In this document: positions 29,280 to 38,234 of the stretch, in pieces | Layout of the letters: each line of letters opens with the position of its first letter | Position numbering within the stretch: the stretch's first letter is position 1 | Source of the DNA: a virus | Lineage: Duplodnaviria; Caudoviricetes | Length of the DNA: 64,000 nucleotides | Strand: one strand, 5' to 3' | IMG/VR virus record: IMGVR_UViG_3300042892_002922 | Span: 192,001-256,000 of that record | The notes under the pieces: model-generated | The model's input: only the letters and a program-made list of their open reading frames with translations | Database searches by the model: none | Told to the model about the DNA's origin: nothing | Made by a program: the position numbers and the translations under genes

Positions 29280-30633
29280 ACCAACTTTTGGATACGATAT
29301 TATAACACCCAGAGGTGAATTACCTAATGGACTTGATCCTGCTAGGTTTAAATTCATCTATGACCAAGTTAAATGGAATTTTAGGGAGATATTATATTTT
29401 AATAGTTTAGACACTAATCCAGTTTATTTAGCTGGGCACTTTGACCACAAAATAATTAAAAAAAGTGTTTATGAAATCCACAAAAATAGACAACAAGGTA
29501 TAAACGAAGTATGGTATTATACAATAGAACCATTTGGTAATTTCAGAGGATTTTTGGGTCTGTTAAATGGTAAAGTGGATGATGAATTCACTATACATAT
29601 GTCAGATATTGCAAAACACGAAATAATCTCAGGGAACGGTCGTTTATTGATCAATTACACTATTGATGGGGGTATCGATGTTAATAGAAACACAATAACT
29701 AAATTGTTTGAACTTTTAAAAGCAACAAACATCCCATTTCGTAAGATTTACTTTCTTATGAATGATATTAATTTTAAAGGTAATCTTGAAAAAATTAGTG
29801 GGATTCAAAATTTAAATGTGTTTCATTTTAATTTAGCGTTGATGCAAAAGTCAAATGAAATATATAATACATTATTACATGAAGGTCGTTATTTCTTTTG
29901 GAAAAATAATACTTCATTTGTTTCCAAAGTTACACGTATTGAAGATTTCGAATTAAATTTAACCAAAAAGGATAAGAAATTTTTGATGTTAAATCGTAAC
30001 TGGAAGATGCATAGATTGGAGTTAATTAAAACACTCAGGGATAACGGTTTATTGGAAGATTCATTGGTATCGTGGGATAAGAATATGGTTAGCCACAGCG
30101 AAGCAAGAGCATTTATTGAAAAATATGACGATACCGAGTTAATGGAAATCATGAAGAACGAATCATCGATTTTAGATTATCCAGATATCGCAAATGTTCA
30201 TGGTTATGGTTTTGAAACAAAAGAAATATACTTACAAAGTTTTTTTCATATTGTTGGTGAAACTATTTATTATCAAGATGACACACCATCTGGATACGTT
30301 TCAGAAAAACCGTTTAAACCAATGGCACACTTTCAACCATTTATATTTGCGGGACCGGCCGGTGTTATTAAACATTTGAATGAATTAGGTTTTAAATCTT
30401 TTCATCCATATATTGATGAAACATATGATTCGATTACGGATGATAATGAGAGAATGAAAGCAATTAGTAACGAAGTCATTCGTCTAGGTAAACTAACTAA
30501 AGATGAGATGATTGATATTACGATGAAATTAAAAAGTGTTTTATACCACAACTATAGGATGCTATTTAATATTGGGTCACCAAAGCTCCAAGACGATAAT
30601 AGAAATAACGTAATTGAATTTTTAAATAAGTAA
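29272..30633 (+). CDS. FxxLNR/SEK family paralog 2 (start refined from 29251)
   Basis: FLMLNR; VSEKPFKP..FQPFIFAG..LNELGFKSFHPYIDETYD. Confidence 0.45.
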   Translation: MHRPTFGYDIITPRGELPNGLDPARFKFIYDQVKWNFREILYFNSLDTNPVYLAGHFDHKIIKKSVYEIHKNRQQGINEVWYYTIEPFGNFRGFLGLLNGKVDDEFTIHMSDIAKHEIISGNGRLLINYTIDGGIDVNRNTITKLFELLKATNIPFRKIYFLMNDINFKGNLEKISGIQNLNVFHFNLALMQKSNEIYNTLLHEGRYFFWKNNTSFVSKVTRIEDFELNLTKKDKKFLMLNRNWKMHRLELIKTLRDNGLLEDSLVSWDKNMVSHSEARAFIEKYDDTELMEIMKNESSILDYPDIANVHGYGFETKEIYLQSFFHIVGETIYYQDDTPSGYVSEKPFKPMAHFQPFIFAGPAGVIKHLNELGFKSFHPYIDETYDSITDDNERMKAISNEVIRLGKLTKDEMIDITMKLKSVLYHNYRMLFNIGSPKLQDDNRNNVIEFLNK

Positions 30634-32312
30634 TGAGTTATATAATTGGGATATCGGCATACTATCACGATTCTTCAGCTTGTTTGTTGAAGGATGGCGA
30701 ATTGTTGTTTGCATGTGAAGAAGAAAAATTCACAGGTATAAAACATGATAGTTCATTCCCAAATAAAACCATTGAATACATCTTTAAAAAGTATAATTTA
30801 ACTAAAAAAGATATTGAGGCGGTATGTTATTATGAAGATTTAGATTTAAAAGTACAAAGAGTTATTAATAATTCAAAAAAAGTTTTCCTTAAGACACCAA
30901 TATATTCTATTAAGAGTGTATATAATGTTTTAAAGAACAAAAAAGATGTTAAGAAGAATTTAGCAAAAATATCTGATAAAGTTTTCTACTCTAAACATCA
31001 CGACTCACATACATACTATTCATTTTATACATCACCATTTAATGACGCTGTTGTTTTATCGGTTGATGGTGTTGGTGAAAGTGAAACAATACAAATTGCC
31101 ACAATCTATAATAATAAGTTATATCAAATACCACACACAGAATACCCAAACTCATTAGGGTTATTTTATTCTGCTATGACATCTTTCTTAGGGTTTAAAC
31201 CCAATGAAGGTGAATATAAAGTAATGGGTTTGGCATCTTATGGAAACCCTAAAAAATATAGACAAAAAATAGATTCATTAATTTCATACAAACAAGGGTT
31301 TTTAACTTGCAATATGGATTGTTTTGTTTGGGATAGAAGTGACAAGGTTATGTTCAACCATAATCTATCAAAAAAATTAGGGATTGAAAATAGATTACCA
31401 GATGAAAAACTAACAGTACAACATCACGATTTAGCGGCCGCGGTTCAAGAAACCTACGAGGTTATTTTAAGTAAAATACTAGAAGAGATATCAATATTAA
31501 CTAACACTAGAAATTTATGTCTTAGCGGTGGCTGTGCTTACAACGGATCAGCAAATGGAAAGTTAACAAATAACGGTTGGTTTAAAAATTTATGGATACC
31601 TCCAGCACCATCTGATGCAGGATCGGCTATTGGTGCGTGTTTAAATTATCTGGACACTAATAATAAACTAACAAAAAAGATTGACACAACACCGTTCTTA
31701 GGCCCAGAATACACTAATGAGGAATACTTGTCGGTTATCGATGAAGAAATAGTGAGATACAGTGAAATAAGTAGAGAAAAACTATTAAAATTAATTTCTA
31801 CCGAATTATATAATGGCAAAGTTGTTGGATGGTTCCAAGGTAAAATTGAATTTGGTTCTAGAGCATTGGGTAACAGGTCGATACTAGCAAATCCAATGAT
31901 AATTGGTATGCAAAAGAAGATTAATCGTGTTATAAAGAAGCGAGAACTTTTTAGACCATTTGCACCTATGGTGACAAAAGAAAATCAAACAAAATATTTT
32001 CTATATGACAAGGATGTGCCATATATGAATCAAGTTGTTAAGGTTAAAAAGGAATACGTTGGTAAGTTAATAGCAACAACTCACGTTGACGATACAGCTA
32101 GAATTCAAACAGTTACAAGTGAAAATAACGTATATGACTTATTAATTGAATTTGAAAAGATTAGTGGTGTATCAGTATTATTGAACACATCGTTTAACGT
32201 TAAAGATAAAACAATGGTATTAACGCCACAAGATGCTATGGATACATTTTTAGACACGGAAATGGATATCTTAGTATTAGGTAATAACGTAATTTATAAA
32301 AAAACAATATGA
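30633..32312 (+). CDS. Carbamoyltransferase (NodU/CmcH/TobZ family)
   Basis: YHDSSA; HHDSH; GEYKVMGLASYG; LSGGCAYN; EFGSRALGNRSILA; FRPFAP; HVDDTARIQTV; LLNTSFN. Confidence 0.92.
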   Translation: MSYIIGISAYYHDSSACLLKDGELLFACEEEKFTGIKHDSSFPNKTIEYIFKKYNLTKKDIEAVCYYEDLDLKVQRVINNSKKVFLKTPIYSIKSVYNVLKNKKDVKKNLAKISDKVFYSKHHDSHTYYSFYTSPFNDAVVLSVDGVGESETIQIATIYNNKLYQIPHTEYPNSLGLFYSAMTSFLGFKPNEGEYKVMGLASYGNPKKYRQKIDSLISYKQGFLTCNMDCFVWDRSDKVMFNHNLSKKLGIENRLPDEKLTVQHHDLAAAVQETYEVILSKILEEISILTNTRNLCLSGGCAYNGSANGKLTNNGWFKNLWIPPAPSDAGSAIGACLNYLDTNNKLTKKIDTTPFLGPEYTNEEYLSVIDEEIVRYSEISREKLLKLISTELYNGKVVGWFQGKIEFGSRALGNRSILANPMIIGMQKKINRVIKKRELFRPFAPMVTKENQTKYFLYDKDVPYMNQVVKVKKEYVGKLIATTHVDDTARIQTVTSENNVYDLLIEFEKISGVSVLLNTSFNVKDKTMVLTPQDAMDTFLDTEMDILVLGNNVIYKKTI

Positions 32313-32425
32313 AAAAATTAATTAAATGGTTCTTAGATAAGATTGAAAGAATCAAAAGAGATCGTAAACTTAAAAAGAAAATTGCTGAGTTAAAGAAGAG
32401 AGACCCATTCATTTATAAACACTAA
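32309..32425 (+). CDS. 38-aa basic peptide, not in ORF track (MKKLIKWFLDKIERIKRDRKLKKKIAELKKRDPFIYKH)
   Basis: ATGA overlap with carbamoyltransferase stop; fills the gap before 32437. Confidence 0.7.
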   Translation: MKKLIKWFLDKIERIKRDRKLKKKIAELKKRDPFIYKH

Positions 32426-32436
32426 AAACATTACAA

Positions 32437-33558
32437 TTGGAAAACAAGGAAATATTAAAAGATTACGTTTGCTTAATGCCATTCTTATCCACCGACGTTC
32501 AGCAAGCATCACAATTCGTTTGTTGCCCATCTTGGTGCTTTAAAAGTTTAAGAGTAGATGAGAATGGCGAAGAAGAAGATTGGGCATCTTACTTTGACAC
32601 TAGCGCAGACGTAATGAGGAACTGGACATCAACGCCAGCACATGACATTAGAAAATCAATGGTTGATGGTTCATACAGACATTGCAATCATGTAGTATGT
32701 CCAAGATTAAATCAATTAATCAATGGTAGTGAGACCACGCCATATATGTTTATGAAGAAGGAAGAATTTCAAAAAACCTTTAACATATATAATGAGGACG
32801 ATTTAAAAAAGTTTGACACGCCACCAGAAGAAATATTGTTTGGGTTTGATAGAAGTTGCAATCTTAAATGTCCGAGCTGTAGGGTAAACTTAATACCAAA
32901 TGACAATGTCGAATCTGAGGATTATAAAAATAAATTACATCTACTAAACTCAATCGAGAAGAATTTTGCTAGTAATTTAAAAAGAATAATGATAACCGGT
33001 AGTGGTGATCCGTTCTATTCTAAAATCTATCGCGATTACTTAATAAATTTTGACAGTAGTAAGTATCCCAAGTTAGAAGCGTTACAGATTATAACCAATG
33101 GTAACCTATTAAATGAAAAAATGTGGAACTCAATGAAAGCAACTCCACACATTAAAATCATTGAGATTAGTATTGACGCCGGAACTAAAGACACATATGA
33201 GAACAAAACAAGGTTAAATGGTAAATGGGATGTGTTAATGGAAAATCTACGTTTTTTAAGTACCCAGAATCACATTATTGAGGAATTTGTGTTATCAATG
33301 GTGGTTAGTAAACACAATTATAAAGAAATGTATACGTTCTATGAATTGATAACTGACATATTTAAAAATTCAAATTTTAAATGGGGACTATCAATCAACT
33401 ACAGACAATTGGTTGACTGGGGCACATTTTCAAAAGAAACGTTAGAAGAATTACAGGTCTTTAACACAGAACACCCTGAATATCAAGATTTTATGTCTGA
33501 ATTAAAAAAGATACACAACCAACCGTTTGTTAATCATAATTTCAACCATCTTCTATAG
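32437..33558 (+). CDS. Radical SAM protein with N-terminal SPASM-like Cys motifs (TTG start)
   Basis: YVCLMPF..VCCPSW; CNHVVCP; DRSCNLKCPSCR; ITGSGDPF; N-terminus aligns with paralog 41496, supporting TTG start. Confidence 0.85.
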   Translation: MENKEILKDYVCLMPFLSTDVQQASQFVCCPSWCFKSLRVDENGEEEDWASYFDTSADVMRNWTSTPAHDIRKSMVDGSYRHCNHVVCPRLNQLINGSETTPYMFMKKEEFQKTFNIYNEDDLKKFDTPPEEILFGFDRSCNLKCPSCRVNLIPNDNVESEDYKNKLHLLNSIEKNFASNLKRIMITGSGDPFYSKIYRDYLINFDSSKYPKLEALQIITNGNLLNEKMWNSMKATPHIKIIEISIDAGTKDTYENKTRLNGKWDVLMENLRFLSTQNHIIEEFVLSMVVSKHNYKEMYTFYELITDIFKNSNFKWGLSINYRQLVDWGTFSKETLEELQVFNTEHPEYQDFMSELKKIHNQPFVNHNFNHLL

Positions 33559-33590
33559 GTTTTTTGACTTTTTTTAGTTATATTAGTAAT

Positions 33591-34025
33591 ATGATATACT
33601 GGTTAACAGGCCAACCCGGCGCAGGAAAAACAACCTTAGCAAAATACTTAGTGGAATACTTTCCGAAAGATGAGGTTACTCACATCGATGGGGATGACTT
33701 AAGGGACATCTTTAAAAACAAGGACTATTCCATAACAGGTAGAAGATTAAACATCCAAAGAGCACAATACATTGCACAATTTATGCATAGTAAGGGACAT
33801 AATGTTATTGTGTCCTTAGTTTCACCATATAGAGACCAAAGAGAAGAATTTAAATTTAGTACATCGGTTGTCGAGATTTATGTACATACCACAGAAGATA
33901 GAGGTAGAAACCAATTCCATGTTGAGGAATATGAACCACCATTAGAAAATTTTATAGACATAGATACAACAATAAAAAACGAAACAGATTCGTATTTTGA
34001 ACTATTAAAAAAATTATCATTATGA
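33591..34025 (+). CDS. cysC: Adenylyl-sulfate (APS) kinase (start refined from 33564)
   Basis: IYWLTGQPGAGKTT P-loop; IDGDDLR; VIVSLVSPY...R; VEIYV. Confidence 0.8.
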   Translation: MIYWLTGQPGAGKTTLAKYLVEYFPKDEVTHIDGDDLRDIFKNKDYSITGRRLNIQRAQYIAQFMHSKGHNVIVSLVSPYRDQREEFKFSTSVVEIYVHTTEDRGRNQFHVEEYEPPLENFIDIDTTIKNETDSYFELLKKLSL

Positions 34026-34537
34026 TGACAAATGGTATTATCATTGACAATTTTTTAGACAATGTTGATGAAATAAGAGAGGAAGCGTTGTTATTAGATT
34101 ATACTAAATCATTACCTGAAAGTGAAGGTTGGAAAGGGTTTAGGTGTTTAAATGGAAACATGTTGACACTTGATTTACATGAAAAGATTAAAGAAAAGTT
34201 AGTTGAAACTAATATAAAATTTGATAATTGTGATATGAGGTGTTTTTTTCATTATACATTGGAAGAACATAATGTAGGTAAAAAAAACACACATCGTGAT
34301 TATGGTTTTGATTATGCTGGGGTTTTATACCTAGCACCAAACCCACAAAAAAATTCAGGTACGTCTTTTTATAATGATTTAGGTGAAGAAACCGGTTACT
34401 TGGAAAACGTTTATAATAGATTAGTAATTTATCCAGCGAATGAGTTACACTCTTTAAAAGAATCTTTTGGTAACGATATTAATAATGGTAGATTAACTTT
34501 CACGTTTTTTTGTAAATTAAAAAATAACAATATATGA
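34022..34537 (+). CDS. 2OG-Fe(II) oxygenase-like protein
   Basis: IIIDNFLDN; HRD; GVLYL..P..NSGTSFY; YNRLVIYP...H; RLT. Confidence 0.7.
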   Translation: MMTNGIIIDNFLDNVDEIREEALLLDYTKSLPESEGWKGFRCLNGNMLTLDLHEKIKEKLVETNIKFDNCDMRCFFHYTLEEHNVGKKNTHRDYGFDYAGVLYLAPNPQKNSGTSFYNDLGEETGYLENVYNRLVIYPANELHSLKESFGNDINNGRLTFTFFCKLKNNNI

Positions 34538-34914
34538 GTAAGAAATATGCAATGTACATCGGTAGGTGGCAAAATTGGCATAAAGGTCACGAATGGTTGA
34601 TCCGTCAACAAATGGACCAAGGTAAGAACATATGGGTAGCTATTAGGGATGTTGAAGTTGACGAGAACAACCCTAAAACAGCTCAAGAGGTTTTTCAAAT
34701 GTTAATCCAGGAGCCCTTTTTTAACGAGAATTTTGATAAGATTTTACTATCAATTATCCCAGATATCGAATCGGTTAATTACGGTAGAGGTGTTGGTTAC
34801 GATGTAATTTATCATGAGCCACCGGCGGATGTTGCGGTAATAAGTGGAACTGCGATTAGAACTGGACATATGACCGCTGATGGTTCAATAAAATATGACC
34901 AAACAAAAGGATAA
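34534..34914 (+). CDS. HIGH-family (cytidylyltransferase-like) nucleotidyltransferase
   Basis: YIGRWQNWHKGH (HxGH); ISGTAIR C-terminal motif. Confidence 0.75.
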   Translation: MSKKYAMYIGRWQNWHKGHEWLIRQQMDQGKNIWVAIRDVEVDENNPKTAQEVFQMLIQEPFFNENFDKILLSIIPDIESVNYGRGVGYDVIYHEPPADVAVISGTAIRTGHMTADGSIKYDQTKG

Positions 34915-35129
34915 TGATTGTAGAACGTAAACGACATATTGCGAAAACAATATCCTATCGCATTATAAGCACTATAATAGGTTTCCTTATAATGTGGTGG
35001 GTTAGTGGATCAATTAAGATTGGCGCGACCTTTGGTGTGGCTGAATTGGTGTACAAACCTATTCAATATTACCTACACGAAAGGATTTGGTATAGATGGA
35101 TAAAGTTCGGGGTAAAAGATAAAAAATAA
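34914..35129 (+). CDS. DUF2061-like small membrane protein
   Basis: RHIAKTISYRIIST...YYLHERIW. Confidence 0.75.
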   Translation: MIVERKRHIAKTISYRIISTIIGFLIMWWVSGSIKIGATFGVAELVYKPIQYYLHERIWYRWIKFGVKDKK

Positions 35130-35138
35130 GTATTTATA
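35129..35138 (+). promoter_or_regulatory. AGTATTTATA motif (putative late promoter) inside the enzyme block
   Basis: Identical to motif upstream of structural gene 738; 15 nt upstream of ATG 35154. Confidence 0.45.
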
Positions 35139-35153
35139 TATAAATTAGAAAAT

Positions 35154-36641
35154 ATGAGAACAGTATTGATAGGATCAGATTTTATGTACGATAAGGATGG
35201 TAATTTAAGACCCATCGAAATAAACACTGCGGTTGGTTGGGATGGTCCCGAAAAAGTGGAAGACGATGCAGATTGTTTGGATTTAACAAGTTTATATCAA
35301 TTTGTTGAGGATAATAATTTCCAAACGATACATTATGTTGGTGATATTGGTCCATTACACGTGACATTAATGACACATTATAGCGGAAGTTCTGTTACAT
35401 ATGAATTTCATGGGGTTGGAGCTACTTCCATTACAGTTCCATACATAGAAGATACTGAAACGACTTTAATTATTAGGAGTGCATATGACACAACAGCACT
35501 AGTGGATGACACATATTGTAAGGATAAAATAGAGTTCATGAATCTAATTAAAGATTCTTCTTTTGGCTCCCAATTTGCGTACATTGACGAAAATAACACA
35601 TTGGTGTCAAATATCACATCTATAAATGATAACGGCGAACACCCTAATTTTATTTTAAAATCTAGATTTCCAGGTTATGACAAGTTAATTTATCCAAAAT
35701 TTTTTAAAGTTACAACTCAATCTGAATTAGACACTATAATAGCAAATAATGTTACAAGTGAGTATTTTTTAATGGAGTACCTATGTAACGTCAATAAACT
35801 ATGGGAAGGGCATTTAACGGTTATAAGAAGTTTAAACATTTTAGTCCCACCAAATTTAGAATCAATTCAAATTGGCCAATATACAAAATTGAATCAAAAT
35901 ATGTTACTAGATAATGTGACATATGATTCAATCACATTTGAAGTATATTCAGATTTCAAAGAGAGTTATAGTACAAACCCACCTACCGGTTTTCAACCTA
36001 AATTATTGAATACTGATATGGTAGAAATGGCAGATGGGACATTAAAAACTGCATTGGATTTACAAATTGGGGACGTTATTAAAACAATTGAAATACCAAA
36101 TGAAAAGGGAACTAGTATAGATAGTTACGTATCCTCCGAATTTGGGCTTACGTACGATACGTTGGTAAGTGATGCAATATATACAACTAATGTCGTAACC
36201 AAAAAACAAAAAGTAAACACCTTAACTTTTATAAATGAATTAACATTTGAAGATGCTAGTACCTGGGAAGATACTATGGGCTCAAAGTATTTGATAGACA
36301 GAGAAGGTGTGGTTATGTTTAAATCATTATGGGGGATATTTCCAGGAGATGTGGTTATATTATTAGATACTACTGATGATAATATAAATTTTGTAAGAAA
36401 AACAGTTACATCAAATATTCAAGTTAAGAGAGTGTTCTCTGGTTGGTTTATTTCAGTTGATACCGCTATGTTATTTTTAACTAAAACAGCCGGGTCAACC
36501 AATAACGAATCATATGTTTCAATTGAACATAACCTTATATCTTGTCCCAATTGGACATGTACAAACGTTTGCTGGTCCGTCTGTCCATCATGTCCGAAGT
36601 ATATGTCTTGTCAATCTAATTACTGTTTTCCAGTATGTTAA
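35154..36641 (+). CDS. Circularly permuted ATP-grasp-like domain + degenerate Hint domain + C-terminal 8-Cys peptide
   Basis: N-terminal SDFMYDKDGNLRPIEINT (D..ExN), FILKSR, YFLMEYL; residues 283-460 KLLNTDMVEMADG.LK...DLQIGD...YVSIEHN; tail LISCPNWTCTNVCWSVCPSCPKYMSCQSNYCFPVC. Confidence 0.6.
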   Translation: MRTVLIGSDFMYDKDGNLRPIEINTAVGWDGPEKVEDDADCLDLTSLYQFVEDNNFQTIHYVGDIGPLHVTLMTHYSGSSVTYEFHGVGATSITVPYIEDTETTLIIRSAYDTTALVDDTYCKDKIEFMNLIKDSSFGSQFAYIDENNTLVSNITSINDNGEHPNFILKSRFPGYDKLIYPKFFKVTTQSELDTIIANNVTSEYFLMEYLCNVNKLWEGHLTVIRSLNILVPPNLESIQIGQYTKLNQNMLLDNVTYDSITFEVYSDFKESYSTNPPTGFQPKLLNTDMVEMADGTLKTALDLQIGDVIKTIEIPNEKGTSIDSYVSSEFGLTYDTLVSDAIYTTNVVTKKQKVNTLTFINELTFEDASTWEDTMGSKYLIDREGVVMFKSLWGIFPGDVVILLDTTDDNINFVRKTVTSNIQVKRVFSGWFISVDTAMLFLTKTAGSTNNESYVSIEHNLISCPNWTCTNVCWSVCPSCPKYMSCQSNYCFPVC

Positions 36642-36670
36642 TAACCTTCTTAAATAAATTTAAATAAAAA

Positions 36671-36760
36671 ATGGCAACAATTATATCAAATACAGACATC
36701 AATACTTTAAACACCACAATTACAACAATAGGTAGTTTAATTGTAACAGCAAACAGTTAG
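36671..36760 (+). CDS. 29-aa Thr/Ile/Asn-rich peptide, not in ORF track (MATIISNTDINTLNTTITTIGSLIVTANS)
   Basis: ATG after A-rich leader taaataaaaa, TAG at 36758-36760; fills a gap in an otherwise gap-free operon. Confidence 0.6.
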   Translation: MATIISNTDINTLNTTITTIGSLIVTANS

Positions 36761-36783
36761 TATAAAATCTAATAAGTTATTTT

Positions 36784-37317
36784 ATGATACATTTCATACC
36801 AAATATTCTTACTAAGGATGAGTGTGAATACTTAACGAATCAATTTGATTTCGAAAGAAAATATCAAATCTCGGTGGATAATGAATATACTGGCACCAAT
36901 ATATCATATGGGTTTGCCCCTTCATTTGCGTTTAATACCTATTTAAATAAATTAAAATCAAAAGTGTTAGAATATAACAATAATTTTGATGATTTATTCA
37001 ATGTAAACACATTTGTTAGGGAATATATGAACACCTCAATGTTAAAAAAACATTTAGATAGAAAAGACATTAGTGTTACTATGTCTATATGTTTAGAATC
37101 CACAATAAATAAAGAATGGCCGTTATGTGCGGAAATCGGAAATAAGGAATATTGTTTCAACACAAATATTGGTGACGGTATTTTATTATTTGATGCGGAT
37201 AAAATCACACATTGGAGGGAACCCTTAATATGTCTGGAGAAAGAAAGAGTTGTCCAATTTTTTTTACATTGGAAACCTTCTGATTACGTCGCAAAAAAAA
37301 CAAAATCATTATTATAA
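36784..37317 (+). CDS. 2OG-Fe(II) oxygenase-like; ends KKTKSLL
   Basis: LKKHLDR; ISVTMSI; GDGILLF...HWREP. Confidence 0.75.
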   Translation: MIHFIPNILTKDECEYLTNQFDFERKYQISVDNEYTGTNISYGFAPSFAFNTYLNKLKSKVLEYNNNFDDLFNVNTFVREYMNTSMLKKHLDRKDISVTMSICLESTINKEWPLCAEIGNKEYCFNTNIGDGILLFDADKITHWREPLICLEKERVVQFFLHWKPSDYVAKKTKSLL

Positions 37318-37328
37318 AAAAATAAATT

Positions 37329-37913
37329 ATGCCATTTACATATACAATAGAGTCAACCTTTTTAACAAAAGAAGAATGTGATTTAATATTAGATTTTTCA
37401 TTAAAAGAATTAAAATTAGTACCATCGGAAATTCTTACCAATTACACCGATGGTGGCGACGTTAATACCGATATTAGAAAATCAAATCAAGTATTTTACC
37501 CCTATTATAAAAAATTTCCATTTTTATTAGAAAAAATGAGTAAATTATTAAATCAACATATTTTTGTTAAAGGGTTCGATTTAGATTTTAAAGAAAGTCA
37601 ATTTCAGTTTACTGAGTATCATCCAGGCGGACATTTTGGCTGGCATAGAGATGCTCATGGAAAAAAAATAACGGATTATGACAGGTATTGTTCATTAGTG
37701 ATACAACTAAATGATGAGTATGGAGAGGGTGATTTACAAATAAAAGATGATCAGAATGGGACCCTAACAGTTGAAAAGGGTACAGGAAATTTGATATTAT
37801 TTTTATCAAATATTGAACATAGAGTAGTGCCAGTAAAAAGTGGGATTAGATATACACTAGTTAATTGGGTGAAATTAAAACAAAAAAAAGATTATAAAAA
37901 AACACTTTTATAG
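37329..37913 (+). CDS. 2OG-Fe(II) oxygenase (PKHD/prolyl-hydroxylase-like); ends YKKTLL
   Basis: QFTEYHPGGHFGWHRD; EGDLQI; HRVVPVKSGIRYTLVNW. Confidence 0.85.
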   Translation: MPFTYTIESTFLTKEECDLILDFSLKELKLVPSEILTNYTDGGDVNTDIRKSNQVFYPYYKKFPFLLEKMSKLLNQHIFVKGFDLDFKESQFQFTEYHPGGHFGWHRDAHGKKITDYDRYCSLVIQLNDEYGEGDLQIKDDQNGTLTVEKGTGNLILFLSNIEHRVVPVKSGIRYTLVNWVKLKQKKDYKKTLL

Positions 37914-37914
37914 T

Positions 37915-38232
37915 ATGAAAATAAATTTTAAAGAAATATTAAATGCGTGGTATAATGTTATAAATCACACACCAGAACAAAAGGAATTAGCAGATAAAAG
38001 ATTCGCAATATGTTTAGAATGCCCCTCTAAAATAGAAATTTTAAAATACAAGAAATGGCTTTTTAAATGTAAAGAATGTGGTTGCCCTTTAGGCGCAAAA
38101 GTTTACACTGAAACAACATATCTTACTAAAGACAAATCTTGTCCACTTGATAAATGGAAAGAAGTTGAAATGGAATTTATGAGTAAACATAGTGACACGA
38201 TTAAATATAAAACTAAAAAAACATTTCTTTAG
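37915..38232 (+). CDS. Small Cys-rich (putative metal-binding) protein; ends TKKTFL
   Basis: RFAICLECP; CKECGCPL.AK; CPLDKW. Confidence 0.6.
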   Translation: MKINFKEILNAWYNVINHTPEQKELADKRFAICLECPSKIEILKYKKWLFKCKECGCPLGAKVYTETTYLTKDKSCPLDKWKEVEMEFMSKHSDTIKYKTKKTFL

Positions 38233-38234
38233 TT

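Noticed and set aside
33564-33590. TTG start extending APS kinase, or a sigma70 promoter TTGACT..TATATT
   Set aside because: ATG 33591 matches the family N-terminus; the 9-nt spacer is too short for sigma70. A TTATATT element also occurs at 14386 and 54404, but AT-richness makes it unconvincing
36000-36533. Canonical splicing intein
   Set aside because: No Cys/Ser at position 1, no block-B His, Leu at +1 and no homing endonuclease; splicing is not expected
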